Shown here: positions 37,733-47,444 of the stretch, one piece after another
How positions within the stretch are numbered: position 1 is the first letter of the stretch
Layout: each line of letters starts with the position of its first letter
Program-made: the position numbers and the translations under genes
Virus record (IMG/VR): IMGVR_UViG_3300045806_000063
Location: 96,001-160,000 of that record
From: a virus
Reading direction: 5' to 3' (one strand)
DNA length: 64,000 nt
Notes under the pieces: model-generated
What the model was told of the DNA's origin: nothing
Databases searched by the model: none
The model's input: only the letters and a program-made list of their open reading frames with translations

Positions 37733-39907
37733 ATGATTTTATTTTTATCAGACTGGGATAGATACCCTAACGCTATACCGGATACAAAGACCCAGAATAC
37801 ATCATGGTTAAATATGGCATCTATATTGAAAATGATGGGTATAGCGAACTATGCTTTTTTATTAGCGTTGCACGAACCAAGATTACAAGGAATTGATCCA
37901 CACTCTTCAAATTTAACACCTACTCAGGTGTTAATGATACAGTTGGAATTAAAAAACAACCCTTGGTATTTTTTTAGGGAATATGCTAGAATACCTAATG
38001 GTAACTATCCATTAAAGTTTGAAATCAATAGACCGGTCTTGGCTCTTCTTTGGTCTATGTTAGTTGGTATTTCCTTTGGTTTAGTAATGCCTCGTCAGTT
38101 AGGTAAATCATTCGCTATGTATTTTTTTCACTTGTGGTTAGTAGATTACCGATATAGGAAAAGTGGTACGTTTATTTTAACCAAAGATGCTAAACTAAAA
38201 AAGGAATCAATAACGCACATGCAAATGTGTAGAGAGTTATACCCTGAATTAATTTCTCCGTTAATTAAACACGGTAATGATAAAGATGTCGATAACTACG
38301 ATTCTATAACCTGTAATAGATGGGGTAATCGAATAACCTTTGATATAGGCCATGCGGTACTGGCTACAGCTAACAATGTGGCTAGGGGCTGTACATTACC
38401 ATTTATACACTCAGATGAAACTGCATGGACAATTAATGCACAGCTATCAATCCCACAGATGCAGTTTGCTACAGGTAGAGCTCGTGAAAATGCTAGAGAG
38501 TTTGGAATTGTAAACTGTGATGTCTATACTACGACTGCTGGATTTTTAGATACTGAACATGGTAAATATGCTTACGATCTGATAATGTCAGGCATGTATT
38601 GGAATGAAAACTTATACGACTCATTGAACGCTAAAGACGCCCAATCTATCGTTCTAATGAATGCTCCGGGGAAACGATGTATTATTAATGGAACATTTAA
38701 CTACCGACAAGCTGGGAAAGATGATAACTGGTTAAAAGAGCGGATGGCTGGCGTTACGACTGATGTAGAGACCTTAGAGAATAACTTTTTAAACAAGTGG
38801 GGAAAAGGCGCATTATTTACATTCCTTACCAAACAACAATCTGAAGTAATCTCTAAGGGTGAAATGGCTCCATTACACACTTCAATGGGGGCAAACAAGT
38901 ATTTAGTTGGATGGTATCTACGTAAATATGAAATTAACGAAACGCTTAATAGTGGTTATTTCGCTATTGGTTTGGATACTAGCCAAGCTGTTGGTCGAGA
39001 TTCAAATGGTTTAATCTTAGTAGATCTAAGGAACATGGCAGTGATAGCCAGATCTCAGATTAACGAAGCTAACCTATTTAATTACGCTATGTGGATAGTA
39101 GATCTTTTGATTCAGTATCCTCGTGTAACCTTAGTAATTGAAAATAAAGCATCAGGTCAGAGTATACTAGATATTATAGTCCATCATCTATTAGCTAATG
39201 GAATGAACCCTTACAAACGGATCTATAATTCGATTGTAGATAATTCCACAGGTAAAGAAACTGATAAAGAAAACTTTGAACTCATTCAACGCGGGTGGCG
39301 TGAAACTGAAGTATATGAGAAATTCAAAGATAAATTTGGTATCTCTACTAACCAAGAGATTAGACGGTTATTGTACGATGTTGTGATACAGAGTGCAGTT
39401 AACTCCACTGGTCATTTAGTTAGGGATCCTATTTTAGCTGAAGAATTAAGAGGACTCATCACGAAGAAAGGACGAGTTAATCATGCGGTTAAAGGACATG
39501 ATGATTTAGTAATTGGCTGGTTAATGACTCATTACTTTGTGAAGCATACCAGAAACTTAGAGTATTACGGAATTGATACTAACTATGTCTTATCTATGGT
39601 TAGTGATGACGGGTCAATGTTATCACCTGCTGAACTAAAAGTGAAAAAAATTACTAACAGTATTAAGGAAGAGGTTATTAAGCTTAAGGATAAAATTAAG
39701 AGTTCTACATCTTTAGTGGATAACATGAGAGATGAAATGATCTTAAAGGTTAAGATAAATGAATTAAAGAAAACAGGAGACGTTAGTATCTCTCTGGACG
39801 CCGTTATGAAAGAGATCAAAGATGCTAGAGGTAAAACTGGTATTAAAGAAACCATCTTAGATCTACAGCGTAAACGAGGTCAGTGGGTAGGTATGAGACC
39901 TGTGTAA
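37733..39907 (+). CDS. terL: Terminase large subunit (phiKZ gp25-like)
   Basis: MILFLSDW start, NPWYFFRE, Walker A VMPRQLGKS, Walker B IHSDE, nuclease GLDTSQAVGRD and GHDDLV. Confidence 0.93.
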   Translation: MILFLSDWDRYPNAIPDTKTQNTSWLNMASILKMMGIANYAFLLALHEPRLQGIDPHSSNLTPTQVLMIQLELKNNPWYFFREYARIPNGNYPLKFEINRPVLALLWSMLVGISFGLVMPRQLGKSFAMYFFHLWLVDYRYRKSGTFILTKDAKLKKESITHMQMCRELYPELISPLIKHGNDKDVDNYDSITCNRWGNRITFDIGHAVLATANNVARGCTLPFIHSDETAWTINAQLSIPQMQFATGRARENAREFGIVNCDVYTTTAGFLDTEHGKYAYDLIMSGMYWNENLYDSLNAKDAQSIVLMNAPGKRCIINGTFNYRQAGKDDNWLKERMAGVTTDVETLENNFLNKWGKGALFTFLTKQQSEVISKGEMAPLHTSMGANKYLVGWYLRKYEINETLNSGYFAIGLDTSQAVGRDSNGLILVDLRNMAVIARSQINEANLFNYAMWIVDLLIQYPRVTLVIENKASGQSILDIIVHHLLANGMNPYKRIYNSIVDNSTGKETDKENFELIQRGWRETEVYEKFKDKFGISTNQEIRRLLYDVVIQSAVNSTGHLVRDPILAEELRGLITKKGRVNHAVKGHDDLVIGWLMTHYFVKHTRNLEYYGIDTNYVLSMVSDDGSMLSPAELKVKKITNSIKEEVIKLKDKIKSSTSLVDNMRDEMILKVKINELKKTGDVSISLDAVMKEIKDARGKTGIKETILDLQRKRGQWVGMRPV

Positions 39908-39911
39908 CTAT

Positions 39912-39945
39912 TTACTCATCTAAGACTTAAGTCTTAGATGAGTAA
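39912..39945. terminator. 34-bp perfect palindrome centred on CTTAAG
   Basis: TTACTCATCTAAGACTTAAGTCTTAGATGAGTAA. Confidence 0.65.
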
Positions 39946-40035
39946 CAGTGGCATTCTTTTAAATTAAAAACATATATCATCTAAGTGAGGATACTTAATT
40001 AGTCCTCTCTTTTAATAAATAACTGGAGAAATAAA

Positions 40036-40470
40036 ATGAGTAATGTACGAAGAGAATTAACAAAAGCTGATATTATTCTATTAGTCTGTGAATTCTCAGA
40101 TAGTACTAAGTGTCCCATGTCGGATATCCTGGTGGGCGCAGGATCTGCTATGGTTTTACTTGGGTTGCGAGAAACTACTAATGACGTAGACATGTCAGTA
40201 CCGGTTGATATATTTGAGGATTACTTAACTGAACCCCCACATATCAGCGAAATCGTGTACGATGAAACGTGGAGACCTCATCACATTGATCTTGTCAACG
40301 GGATAAGCCTTCGTAAACATATGGGGTTCAAGTTACAGCTAAAGGCTGATCAAGGCTTCTTTATCCAACATCCTAAAGATATACTGGACCTCAAACTCGA
40401 ACTCAATCGGGAAAAAGACCAAGCAGATATTAGAGCTTTACGCGAAGTTGCGAGCATATGGGGATATTAA
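40036..40470 (+). CDS. Small nucleotidyltransferase-fold protein
   Basis: GAGSAMVLLGLRETTNDVD (hG-S...DxD) and LKLELNREKDQADI. Confidence 0.7.
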   Translation: MSNVRRELTKADIILLVCEFSDSTKCPMSDILVGAGSAMVLLGLRETTNDVDMSVPVDIFEDYLTEPPHISEIVYDETWRPHHIDLVNGISLRKHMGFKLQLKADQGFFIQHPKDILDLKLELNREKDQADIRALREVASIWGY

Positions 40471-40472
40471 AA

Positions 40473-40799
40473 ATGAGCAGTAAAGGTTACACATTTAATG
40501 TAAAACTTACTGCTCATGGCTTTGTAGGCACTTGTCTAGAATTTCCAACATTACGAATAGTTGAGAGGAGTAGAGCAGATGCTTTAGCTGCTATTCAGCG
40601 TCTTACTGAGACAACTAAAGCGGGTAGAAACATTAGGAATGGACGAGTACCCTTAGCTATTAGTGATAGAACATATAGTGGGGAAATATCATTAAGGATA
40701 CCTCCAGAATTACATAAAAAACTAGTCTTTTTATCGAAGGAAAGAAGGACTACGTTAAACAGATTAATATCTGGACTTTTAGAGGAAGCCTTTGAATGA
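40473..40799 (+). CDS. hicB: HicB-family antitoxin (orphan)
   Basis: FVGTCLEFP...ALAAI N-domain and YSGEISLRIPPELHKKL...LNRLI ribbon-helix-helix. Confidence 0.75.
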   Translation: MSSKGYTFNVKLTAHGFVGTCLEFPTLRIVERSRADALAAIQRLTETTKAGRNIRNGRVPLAISDRTYSGEISLRIPPELHKKLVFLSKERRTTLNRLISGLLEEAFE

Positions 40800-40957
40800 A
40801 CGAGGAATCCGAGGAACTTATTCATGGTATCAATAAGACATTTAAACACGAGCTGGGTGGGGCATATGGCAACTGGGTATTTGAGCGCTACACTGCTGTT
40901 AAAATTGACGTAGAAACCTTAGAGAATAATTTTTTAAACCATTGGGGAAAAGAATGA
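40796..40957 (+). CDS. 53-aa protein ending in a terminase-derived segment (not in the ORF track)
   Basis: MNEESEEL...KIDVETLENNFLNHWGKE; ATGA overlaps at both ends. Confidence 0.65.
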   Translation: MNEESEELIHGINKTFKHELGGAYGNWVFERYTAVKIDVETLENNFLNHWGKE

Positions 40958-41394
40958 CAAGTGTAATTAAAGGTAGTTTTGCAGAATATCTGGCTAACAA
41001 CAAAAAACACACACCAAGTCTGGAACTGTACGTGTTAGCTGGAATACAGGCATCTGAAAATTCTTCAGTTATTCTGTATCTAGAGAGGAATGTATTCAAA
41101 CTAGAGACTATTCACAATGGAGATATCTCACTTGACTACATCTCTCCGCATTTAGTAGCCGAGGTCATTTACTGGATCAACGAAATACTACCATTGAATG
41201 ACAATTTATCAGTGGCATTATCACGTGGACTTAACATTCCAGTTAAAGTTAACATGCAGTTGAGTGTACCTGGTAAATGGGGACGATCTGATAGGCTGTC
41301 ATCAATGGTAGATGATGGCATTAAAGACGAATATCCTCAACATGACTACTTTAGACGGATACCTCAGACCAAGAGTAGTGGGAGGTCGAGGTAA
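40954..41394 (+). CDS. Hypothetical protein
   Basis: ATG 40954 coupled to the previous stop. Confidence 0.6.
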   Translation: MTSVIKGSFAEYLANNKKHTPSLELYVLAGIQASENSSVILYLERNVFKLETIHNGDISLDYISPHLVAEVIYWINEILPLNDNLSVALSRGLNIPVKVNMQLSVPGKWGRSDRLSSMVDDGIKDEYPQHDYFRRIPQTKSSGRSR

Positions 41395-41528
41395 ATCGTA
41401 CCACTGTCAGCCTTGATAAAGGCGATACATTGTTGGTAGGTCAATATACCGGCCCCCGCCTTGAAGAAGGCACCACACAGCTACCTGACGGAGCTGTAGT
41501 CAACTGGACGATAGTTTCCCTCCGGTAG
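41379..41528 (+). pseudogene. C-terminal half of an AcrIII-1/DUF1874 (STIV B116-like) ring nuclease
   Basis: Open frame between TAG 41376 and TAG 41526: WEVEVNRTTVSLDKGDTLLVGQYTGPRLEEGTTQLPDGAVVNWTIVSLR. No start codon and no SAIGH segment in frame. Confidence 0.75.
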
Positions 41529-41533
41529 GGTAA

Positions 41534-41567
41534 ATCTACCAGAGCGCCCTAGGGCGCTCTGGTAGAT
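41534..41567. terminator. 34-bp perfect palindrome centred on CCTAGG between convergent genes
   Basis: ATCTACCAGAGCGCCCTAGGGCGCTCTGGTAGAT then TTTATTTTTTTTT. Confidence 0.7.
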
Positions 41568-41586
41568 GCCTTCTATTTATTTTTTT

Positions 41587-42813
41587 TTATTTTGCTAACA
41601 AGCCTCTTAAACAGATATAGAATATAGCAGCTATCCTAGTCGAGGTAACTGCATTTTCATGTATCCGTGGATTAGATTCTTCAACGATTATATCCATCTT
41701 TTCTTTTATGTCTAAAAACTCAGGTGATTTAAATCTACTTGACCCTAATACTCCTTTCAGTTTCATTGCTACTTCTGGAACATTAGACAGATGAATATTT
41801 TCCTTTTTAATCAGGAGTAAACAAAACATTAATATTTCATCAATCAGTTCCTCAATATCAAACTTTATATGTCCTTTATTTTTAACTGTATAATTTTCTG
41901 AAATGAATTCTAATGTTTTACTTAAGTGTAATTTGTGAGCTGTCTTGATTGTTATGATAACTGCATCCATGATATCATCTTTAATGAAGTTATTTTTATC
42001 AGGGACAATATGCTCCATTAAGTTTTTAATGTGAGCTTGTGCATTAGTCGTGTCTTTTAAAATAGCCTCACCTTCAACAATGGTAAACTTTGATGTGGTA
42101 ATTAATTTAGACTGACTATCCTTGATAGCATAATATTTGTTTGTGAGTCCTTGTACTAGAGATCTTAATCTAGTTTGGATATCATTTAATGCTAATACGA
42201 TACCTCTATCAGGAGTTAACTCCCTAATGATTGTAGCATGTAATGCATCATGACCAAGAATACTTTCTGCTCTGGCAGTTAGCATAGCTAACCAACTACC
42301 ATATTGTTTTAACTGAGACTTGTTATCTAAAGACTCATAGACCATTTGGGAGATTCCTTCATCAGCTGGATAAGGAAATCTTCTTGTGTGTAAGCTACTC
42401 AGAAGCTTATATTGCAAAGCCATAATAGCAGCTTCAGACATTAATACTTTTTCTTTTTCTGGTAGGTCTGATGTTAATGCTTTATGTACTAAATAAAGGA
42501 ATGATATATTAACAGCGTCTGATGATACTTTGAACCCACGAGTTATATCAGGGAGATCGTAGATGTCAGATTGGAGTTTATCAAAATCAGTAAACTGCAT
42601 TACTTCATTTTTCCATATGAACAGATCTTCATTAATCATGATAAAAGGATATACCCCAATTAGATTTCCACCTAAGAAATCTATATGGTTCCTCATCCTA
42701 TCATGTTTTCTTGCTATTCCTTTAGCGTATGTTACTACGTCTAAAACAAACTCTCGATTAACCGGACGCGTTACTTGTTCATTAAATATCTTTAAAATTG
42801 AGTTACTTTGCAT
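41587..42813 (-). CDS. Conserved virion structural protein (phiKZ gp32-like)
   Basis: 408 aa; HIDFLGGNLIGVYP, FKVSSDAVN, RFPYPADE, LKQYGSW, LNDIQTRLRS. Confidence 0.7.
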   Translation of the reverse strand: MQSNSILKIFNEQVTRPVNREFVLDVVTYAKGIARKHDRMRNHIDFLGGNLIGVYPFIMINEDLFIWKNEVMQFTDFDKLQSDIYDLPDITRGFKVSSDAVNISFLYLVHKALTSDLPEKEKVLMSEAAIMALQYKLLSSLHTRRFPYPADEGISQMVYESLDNKSQLKQYGSWLAMLTARAESILGHDALHATIIRELTPDRGIVLALNDIQTRLRSLVQGLTNKYYAIKDSQSKLITTSKFTIVEGEAILKDTTNAQAHIKNLMEHIVPDKNNFIKDDIMDAVIITIKTAHKLHLSKTLEFISENYTVKNKGHIKFDIEELIDEILMFCLLLIKKENIHLSNVPEVAMKLKGVLGSSRFKSPEFLDIKEKMDIIVEESNPRIHENAVTSTRIAAIFYICLRGLLAK

Positions 42814-42913
42814 AGGGGATTTACCTTATATTCGAATTTAATTGATCTATATATTATCTGAATGATACAGGTTGCTATTGCCTTTTAATAGCTTATTAGA
42901 TTGGAGATATAAA

Positions 42914-43468
42914 ATGAGTTTAGTAAAGATTGTTACAGACCATCAAAACCTTAAAGGATTCGTTACCGAGTATAATGCCAATTGGCTGAAGAAGCAATAT
43001 GGGGAACAAAGGAACCCCTTCGCGGGAGACCAGCTGGATGCCATTCGTGGATTAGGAGGATTGATTTACCTGATGCAGCAGGATCTTATCGAGGCAAAAA
43101 TAGTTATAACTAGACCATTACTCGAAAGAGCAATGCAGTTCTTTGCTGGAGTCAAACTGGAAAAGTTCTCTTCTGAGAAGATAGAAGAGAACCTGGAGGA
43201 AGCGACATGGTTTGACCGCCATACACGTTTCGTAATCCCACGATATCTTCTAACAAGAGACTATCAGGGTTATCTTGAAGAACTGCACAGAGTGGCTATG
43301 GCTGTAATGTTACCGGGCGATATGGCGACTGAAATGGATAGCCACTCTGTGCCAGGGGATGCGATAATACAATCCCTGATAGGTATTAGATTTTTAATGG
43401 GTGTAAAACTACAAGACACCGCAATCCGTAAAGTAGGAGTAGTGCAATGGCTATTGTATCATTTTTAA
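42914..43468 (+). CDS. Hypothetical protein
   Basis: ATG 42914 after a degenerate type A module (42845-42906). Confidence 0.7.
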   Translation: MSLVKIVTDHQNLKGFVTEYNANWLKKQYGEQRNPFAGDQLDAIRGLGGLIYLMQQDLIEAKIVITRPLLERAMQFFAGVKLEKFSSEKIEENLEEATWFDRHTRFVIPRYLLTRDYQGYLEELHRVAMAVMLPGDMATEMDSHSVPGDAIIQSLIGIRFLMGVKLQDTAIRKVGVVQWLLYHF

Positions 43469-43665
43469 AATGGCTTATAATTGGAGGGGTTGAAACCTCT
43501 CTAATAATTTATATAGTGATTCTTCTAGTAACCTGCAGTGCATCTCATATGGAGTATGTGATTATTGGGTTTGCTGGCACTCTAGCATTCAGCTGTGCAT
43601 TAGGCCTGAGTCTAGTGGAATTGAATTTTTGGATAGACAGAGAAAGAGAGAATAACCATGAGTAA
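43447..43665 (+). CDS. Small membrane protein
   Basis: 72 aa, two hydrophobic stretches. Confidence 0.5.
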   Translation: MAIVSFLKWLIIGGVETSLIIYIVILLVTCSASHMEYVIIGFAGTLAFSCALGLSLVELNFWIDRERENNHE

Positions 43666-43858
43666 ACTGGTATCAATAAGAACCTATACCGCAGCCTACT
43701 GGCTGCGGTTTCAGTGCACTTGCGGCATTAGTTGGAACTTTCCAACATTCCAGGTGTCGGATAGCTATTGTCCTGGTTGTGGAACACTCTGTAAGCACAT
43801 TGAAAAGACACGAATTGCTGGACATATGAGTTCTGGCAGTTTACAAGTAGAGGAATAA
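43658..43858 (+). CDS. Small zinc-ribbon protein
   Basis: FQCTCG...YCPGCG. Confidence 0.6.
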   Translation: MSKLVSIRTYTAAYWLRFQCTCGISWNFPTFQVSDSYCPGCGTLCKHIEKTRIAGHMSSGSLQVEE

Positions 43859-43900
43859 AGTCGCTGTTCTTTTAATAGCAAATTAGATTTGGAGAAAGGT

Positions 43901-44530
43901 ATGGCTAAGGCAACACTTGGGGATAGTAGGAATCCCAATGCTATACTCGTCAGAAATGGCAAGTATAGCTGCATCGTTATGGCGGTGCATAACACTCTAA
44001 ATAAGACATTTAGGGTAAAATCGGTCTACCCTGGATTAAACGGGGAGGTTCCAGTATGGCTAGACCTCAGGGGAACTGTAGTAAATAGTAAGAGAGAAAT
44101 ACGCGAGATGTTCAATGAGCGTCTCGCAGATGTTAGACAAAGCCTGGAAGATGGAAATAACCCTTTGGATTTCCAGGTCATCTCCATGGTAGTACCACGG
44201 AGAGATAAGTTGGCTGTAAAAGAGTATGCAGCCAACCTAGTTACTGAATATAAAATGGAGATCATTGAAAAGGAAAGTACTACCCTAGCAACGTTTATCA
44301 AAGGCATACGTGTCAATGATAGATATAATCAGATAGGATCTATCAGTGCCAAAGAAGAGGATGAATACTGGACATTTACTACGATCCAGTACGATGACCT
44401 TGATCCAGGACTCGCCACCATACTAAAGTGGACGGTAGGTACTGAGTCAATTATTGCAATGGCGGGGTCACTGCTAAAAACCACAGTAGATTGGGAATTT
44501 CTTCAAAATGAGGAAGAGGAAATAGTTTAG
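43901..44530 (+). CDS. Hypothetical protein
   Basis: ATG 43901 preceded by the type A leader/RBS half (TTCTTTTAATAGCAAATTAGATTTGGAG). Confidence 0.7.
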   Translation: MAKATLGDSRNPNAILVRNGKYSCIVMAVHNTLNKTFRVKSVYPGLNGEVPVWLDLRGTVVNSKREIREMFNERLADVRQSLEDGNNPLDFQVISMVVPRRDKLAVKEYAANLVTEYKMEIIEKESTTLATFIKGIRVNDRYNQIGSISAKEEDEYWTFTTIQYDDLDPGLATILKWTVGTESIIAMAGSLLKTTVDWEFLQNEEEEIV

Positions 44531-44539
44531 TCTGTCACT

Positions 44540-44575
44540 AAATACTACGTTGATGATATCATCAACGTAGTATTT
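44540..44575. terminator. 36-bp perfect palindrome centred on GATATC between convergent genes
   Basis: AAATACTACGTTGATGATATCATCAACGTAGTATTT then T-run. Confidence 0.7.
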
Positions 44576-44578
44576 TTT

Positions 44579-45322
44579 TTAACTTGGACACATGCCTCTG
44601 AGGTATCTCGTATATGCGGTTCGATCTGACATGAACGCAATTGAATGGTATTGTGGTAATAGATCGTTGTACATACTTGTAGCATCTGAATAGGATTCAG
44701 TAACGCTCTCTAAGAATGGTAAGTCTACCCCATTCTTAATTACAGCATTCTTAAGGGTATACATTCCTTGTACATAGAGGTGCTGTTTAGCACCTAGTAC
44801 TGCTAACTTAGCCAAGTATTCAAGTGCACGGATACTCACGTCAGATAAGGTGGAACTATGTTCTAAAACTACTTTCATTGAACTGATAGGTATACCGGTG
44901 AATCCATCACAGTAAACTGTGTTTTTACCTACTAACTGTACCTTGGCATCACCAGTAATAACTGGGTCTGACACGGAAGAAGCAATTCCAGGCTTACCAC
45001 TAAAAGCTTGTGTAAACCCATATCCTACTGACAGCACGGACAGTATCTCCTTACCAGAGGTAGGTCCATAACCTATTCTTATTATTTGACCAGTCGTCGT
45101 TTGTATAATAGGACAGCCTCCTACGTAAATGTCGGCTTCCTTACCAGCTATCATGTTTAAGTCAGTAATCAAAACCTTTCTTACTATGTCCCTTTCAAGC
45201 ACATAGTCCAAAGTAACAGGGACTCCACCTAACCTTGCTGTATCGTGTAGGAAAATAACATTAAGCAGTGCTATAGGTATTTCCCTCTTAATTCTATCTA
45301 TTAAATATTGGATCTGGTTCAT
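44579..45322 (-). CDS. Conserved jumbo-phage protein, probably virion
   Basis: 247 aa; MNQIQYLIDRIKREIP, KEILSVLSV, VQLVGKNTV, LAVLGAKQHLY; upstream of PhuZ. Confidence 0.65.
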   Translation of the reverse strand: MNQIQYLIDRIKREIPIALLNVIFLHDTARLGGVPVTLDYVLERDIVRKVLITDLNMIAGKEADIYVGGCPIIQTTTGQIIRIGYGPTSGKEILSVLSVGYGFTQAFSGKPGIASSVSDPVITGDAKVQLVGKNTVYCDGFTGIPISSMKVVLEHSSTLSDVSIRALEYLAKLAVLGAKQHLYVQGMYTLKNAVIKNGVDLPFLESVTESYSDATSMYNDLLPQYHSIAFMSDRTAYTRYLRGMCPS

Positions 45323-45439
45323 TTTTTACCACCATTATAAATAAGGGATGAGTGAAATAGTATAGTCAAGTTTAATTCATATATATATTATCTAATTGCA
45401 TTTGACTTAAATGTATCCCAAAATAACTGGAGAAATAAA

Positions 45440-46411
45440 ATGAATAATGTTAAAAATAACAACAAAGTAAAAATTTATTACTGTGGTGGGGCTGGTGGAA
45501 AGTTAGCCCATCATGCTAACCTTTTGGAGATTGGTGACTTTACTGGTTTTGCTAAGGTAGAAACGGTGATCATGGATGCTTCATATTCGGATATCCCAGA
45601 TGACACCAAGCATGAGGTATACGTCCCGGCACACTGTGACGGTTTTGGTAAAGATCAGAAGGAAGCTTATGACTTCCTAAAGAATCATTTCAATGAGATG
45701 ATTCGTGAAAACCTACCAAGCGAATTTAATATCGTACTATTCAGTATGGCTGGTGCCACTGGAGCAAATATTGGTCTCGGTATGATTGAAGCCATTCTGA
45801 AACAAGGCAAACCCGTGGTTGGGGTAGCGATCTGCGCTATGGAGTGTGAGCGTACTACCACCAATACAAGGAACACGATTAAACGATTGGAAGTAATCGT
45901 TAACCGTACTCAAAAACCGGTAGTTATATCGTTCCATGACAATGGGGAATTCCCTATGTCAGTGGTTAACGATCATATCATTCAGGAGATTAAAGCTCTT
46001 TTATTACTGAACAGTGGTCAAAATACCGGTATTGATACTGAGGATGTCACTAACCTGATTGACTTTAGAGGGGTGACAAAGTTCGAACCAGGTTTGGTTG
46101 ATTTGATTATCACCACCAAACCTGACCAAGTAAAAGTCAATGTGGCAATTGCTGCACTGAGTCTGTATAACGACCTGGATTCACCCAAACTGGATATTAC
46201 CAGTATCTACTCAGGTTTTGGTATCATTCCAGACGGCGCTCAAGGTGCAACAAAGGAACCTATTCCTGAGGCGCACTTCATCGTAACAAATGAGTATCTG
46301 GAAAGTCGATTAGATCTACTGGATAAAAAGGTAAAGGACTATACCGATGCAAGAGAGCTGATTAAAGGATGCGCTGGTCCTAGAAACACGAATACCGAGT
46401 TCGAGTTTTAG
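45440..46411 (+). CDS. phuZ: Phage tubulin PhuZ
   Basis: IYYCGGAGG, MDAS, DGFGKDQ, FSMAGATGANIG, IDTEDVTN, short acidic aromatic C-tail TEFEF. Confidence 0.92.
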   Translation: MNNVKNNNKVKIYYCGGAGGKLAHHANLLEIGDFTGFAKVETVIMDASYSDIPDDTKHEVYVPAHCDGFGKDQKEAYDFLKNHFNEMIRENLPSEFNIVLFSMAGATGANIGLGMIEAILKQGKPVVGVAICAMECERTTTNTRNTIKRLEVIVNRTQKPVVISFHDNGEFPMSVVNDHIIQEIKALLLLNSGQNTGIDTEDVTNLIDFRGVTKFEPGLVDLIITTKPDQVKVNVAIAALSLYNDLDSPKLDITSIYSGFGIIPDGAQGATKEPIPEAHFIVTNEYLESRLDLLDKKVKDYTDARELIKGCAGPRNTNTEFEF

Positions 46412-46433
46412 TTTTAAGAAGGTAAAGTAAATG

Positions 46434-46457
46434 GGCCGAGGTATTAATACCTCGGCC
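46434..46457. terminator. 24-bp perfect palindrome centred on ATTAAT
   Basis: GGCCGAGGTATTAATACCTCGGCC. Confidence 0.6.
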
Positions 46458-46489
46458 TAATATTTGATTAAATTTTTTTGGATGGTAAA

Positions 46490-47230
46490 ATGCAATCTAC
46501 TTGGTTTAAAGACATGTTAACATTCGATACCACGAATGAGGTAACTAATATAATAAAAAACATTCGACTCGCATATGCTATAAATGACGTAGATATGCCT
46601 ACGATCATTAATGCTGCTAAAACAATGATCCTTAGATTAACCCAGTCAACGATTGATGATAATACTGAGCCTTTATTTGGTGACCGACCTGTCCATACAA
46701 CAGAGTTTGATATTTTAACTGACTTTAGCAATCACATTAAAGCGGATGTTACCATGTTAGAGGATCTCATTTTTAATAACTCCGATTTAGCTTGTATATT
46801 GTCTGAGCTAGGTGAGAGAATACATCTAAAGGGAAAACACACTCGCTGGTTAGTAGGTTATTCAGGATTTCTATTATCAGTGGAGGAAATAGATAGCGCT
46901 CACAAACAAGAGTGGGATAAGTTATTCGTGGTTAATGGTGAGTTCAATAAGGAACTCTACACATTAGCGTTAGCGGCAGCAGAAGATGCAAGACTTAAAA
47001 ATGAAAATGATGTAAAGGACTTGACAGAATTAGACATATCAGATGCTCGTATGGCTCCACATTCCAAGCTTTCCTGGTCGCCATCACTAGATACCTTAGT
47101 AACGAGATACTATAAACCAGTACCAATGTTTGAGACACCAGTTGACATGGACAAGTTTATGGATTCACTTAATGGTGAACCTAAACTAAAACGAAATAAC
47201 TTAACTTCTAAACGTCTGAGAGAAAAGTAA
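46490..47230 (+). CDS. Hypothetical protein
   Basis: ~246-aa ORF. Confidence 0.65.
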   Translation: MQSTWFKDMLTFDTTNEVTNIIKNIRLAYAINDVDMPTIINAAKTMILRLTQSTIDDNTEPLFGDRPVHTTEFDILTDFSNHIKADVTMLEDLIFNNSDLACILSELGERIHLKGKHTRWLVGYSGFLLSVEEIDSAHKQEWDKLFVVNGEFNKELYTLALAAAEDARLKNENDVKDLTELDISDARMAPHSKLSWSPSLDTLVTRYYKPVPMFETPVDMDKFMDSLNGEPKLKRNNLTSKRLREK

Positions 47231-47231
47231 C

Positions 47232-47444
47232 ATGACAAATGCCTACGATCCTAATGAGTCCAAAGACTATATGCTAGCGCGTGCCATGCAACCTCCTTTT
47301 ACCCCATCTAATTCACCCATTCTACTCGATCCGTTTAGTGCAAAAGGTATAGTCTCCTTTAATAGATTGATAGAAATGGAAAGGAATTATGAGATGAGGA
47401 CTATAACAGGAACCCCCCTATGCATATGTCACATAAGGGAATAA
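47232..47444 (+). CDS. Hypothetical protein
   Basis: 70-aa ORF in operon. Confidence 0.5.
   Translation: MTNAYDPNESKDYMLARAMQPPFTPSNSPILLDPFSAKGIVSFNRLIEMERNYEMRTITGTPLCICHIRE

Noticed and set aside
41379-41394. Programmed -1 frameshift fusing the 40954 ORF to the AcrIII-1 fragment
   Set aside because: No canonical slippery heptamer, and the upstream ORF lacks the catalytic His motif
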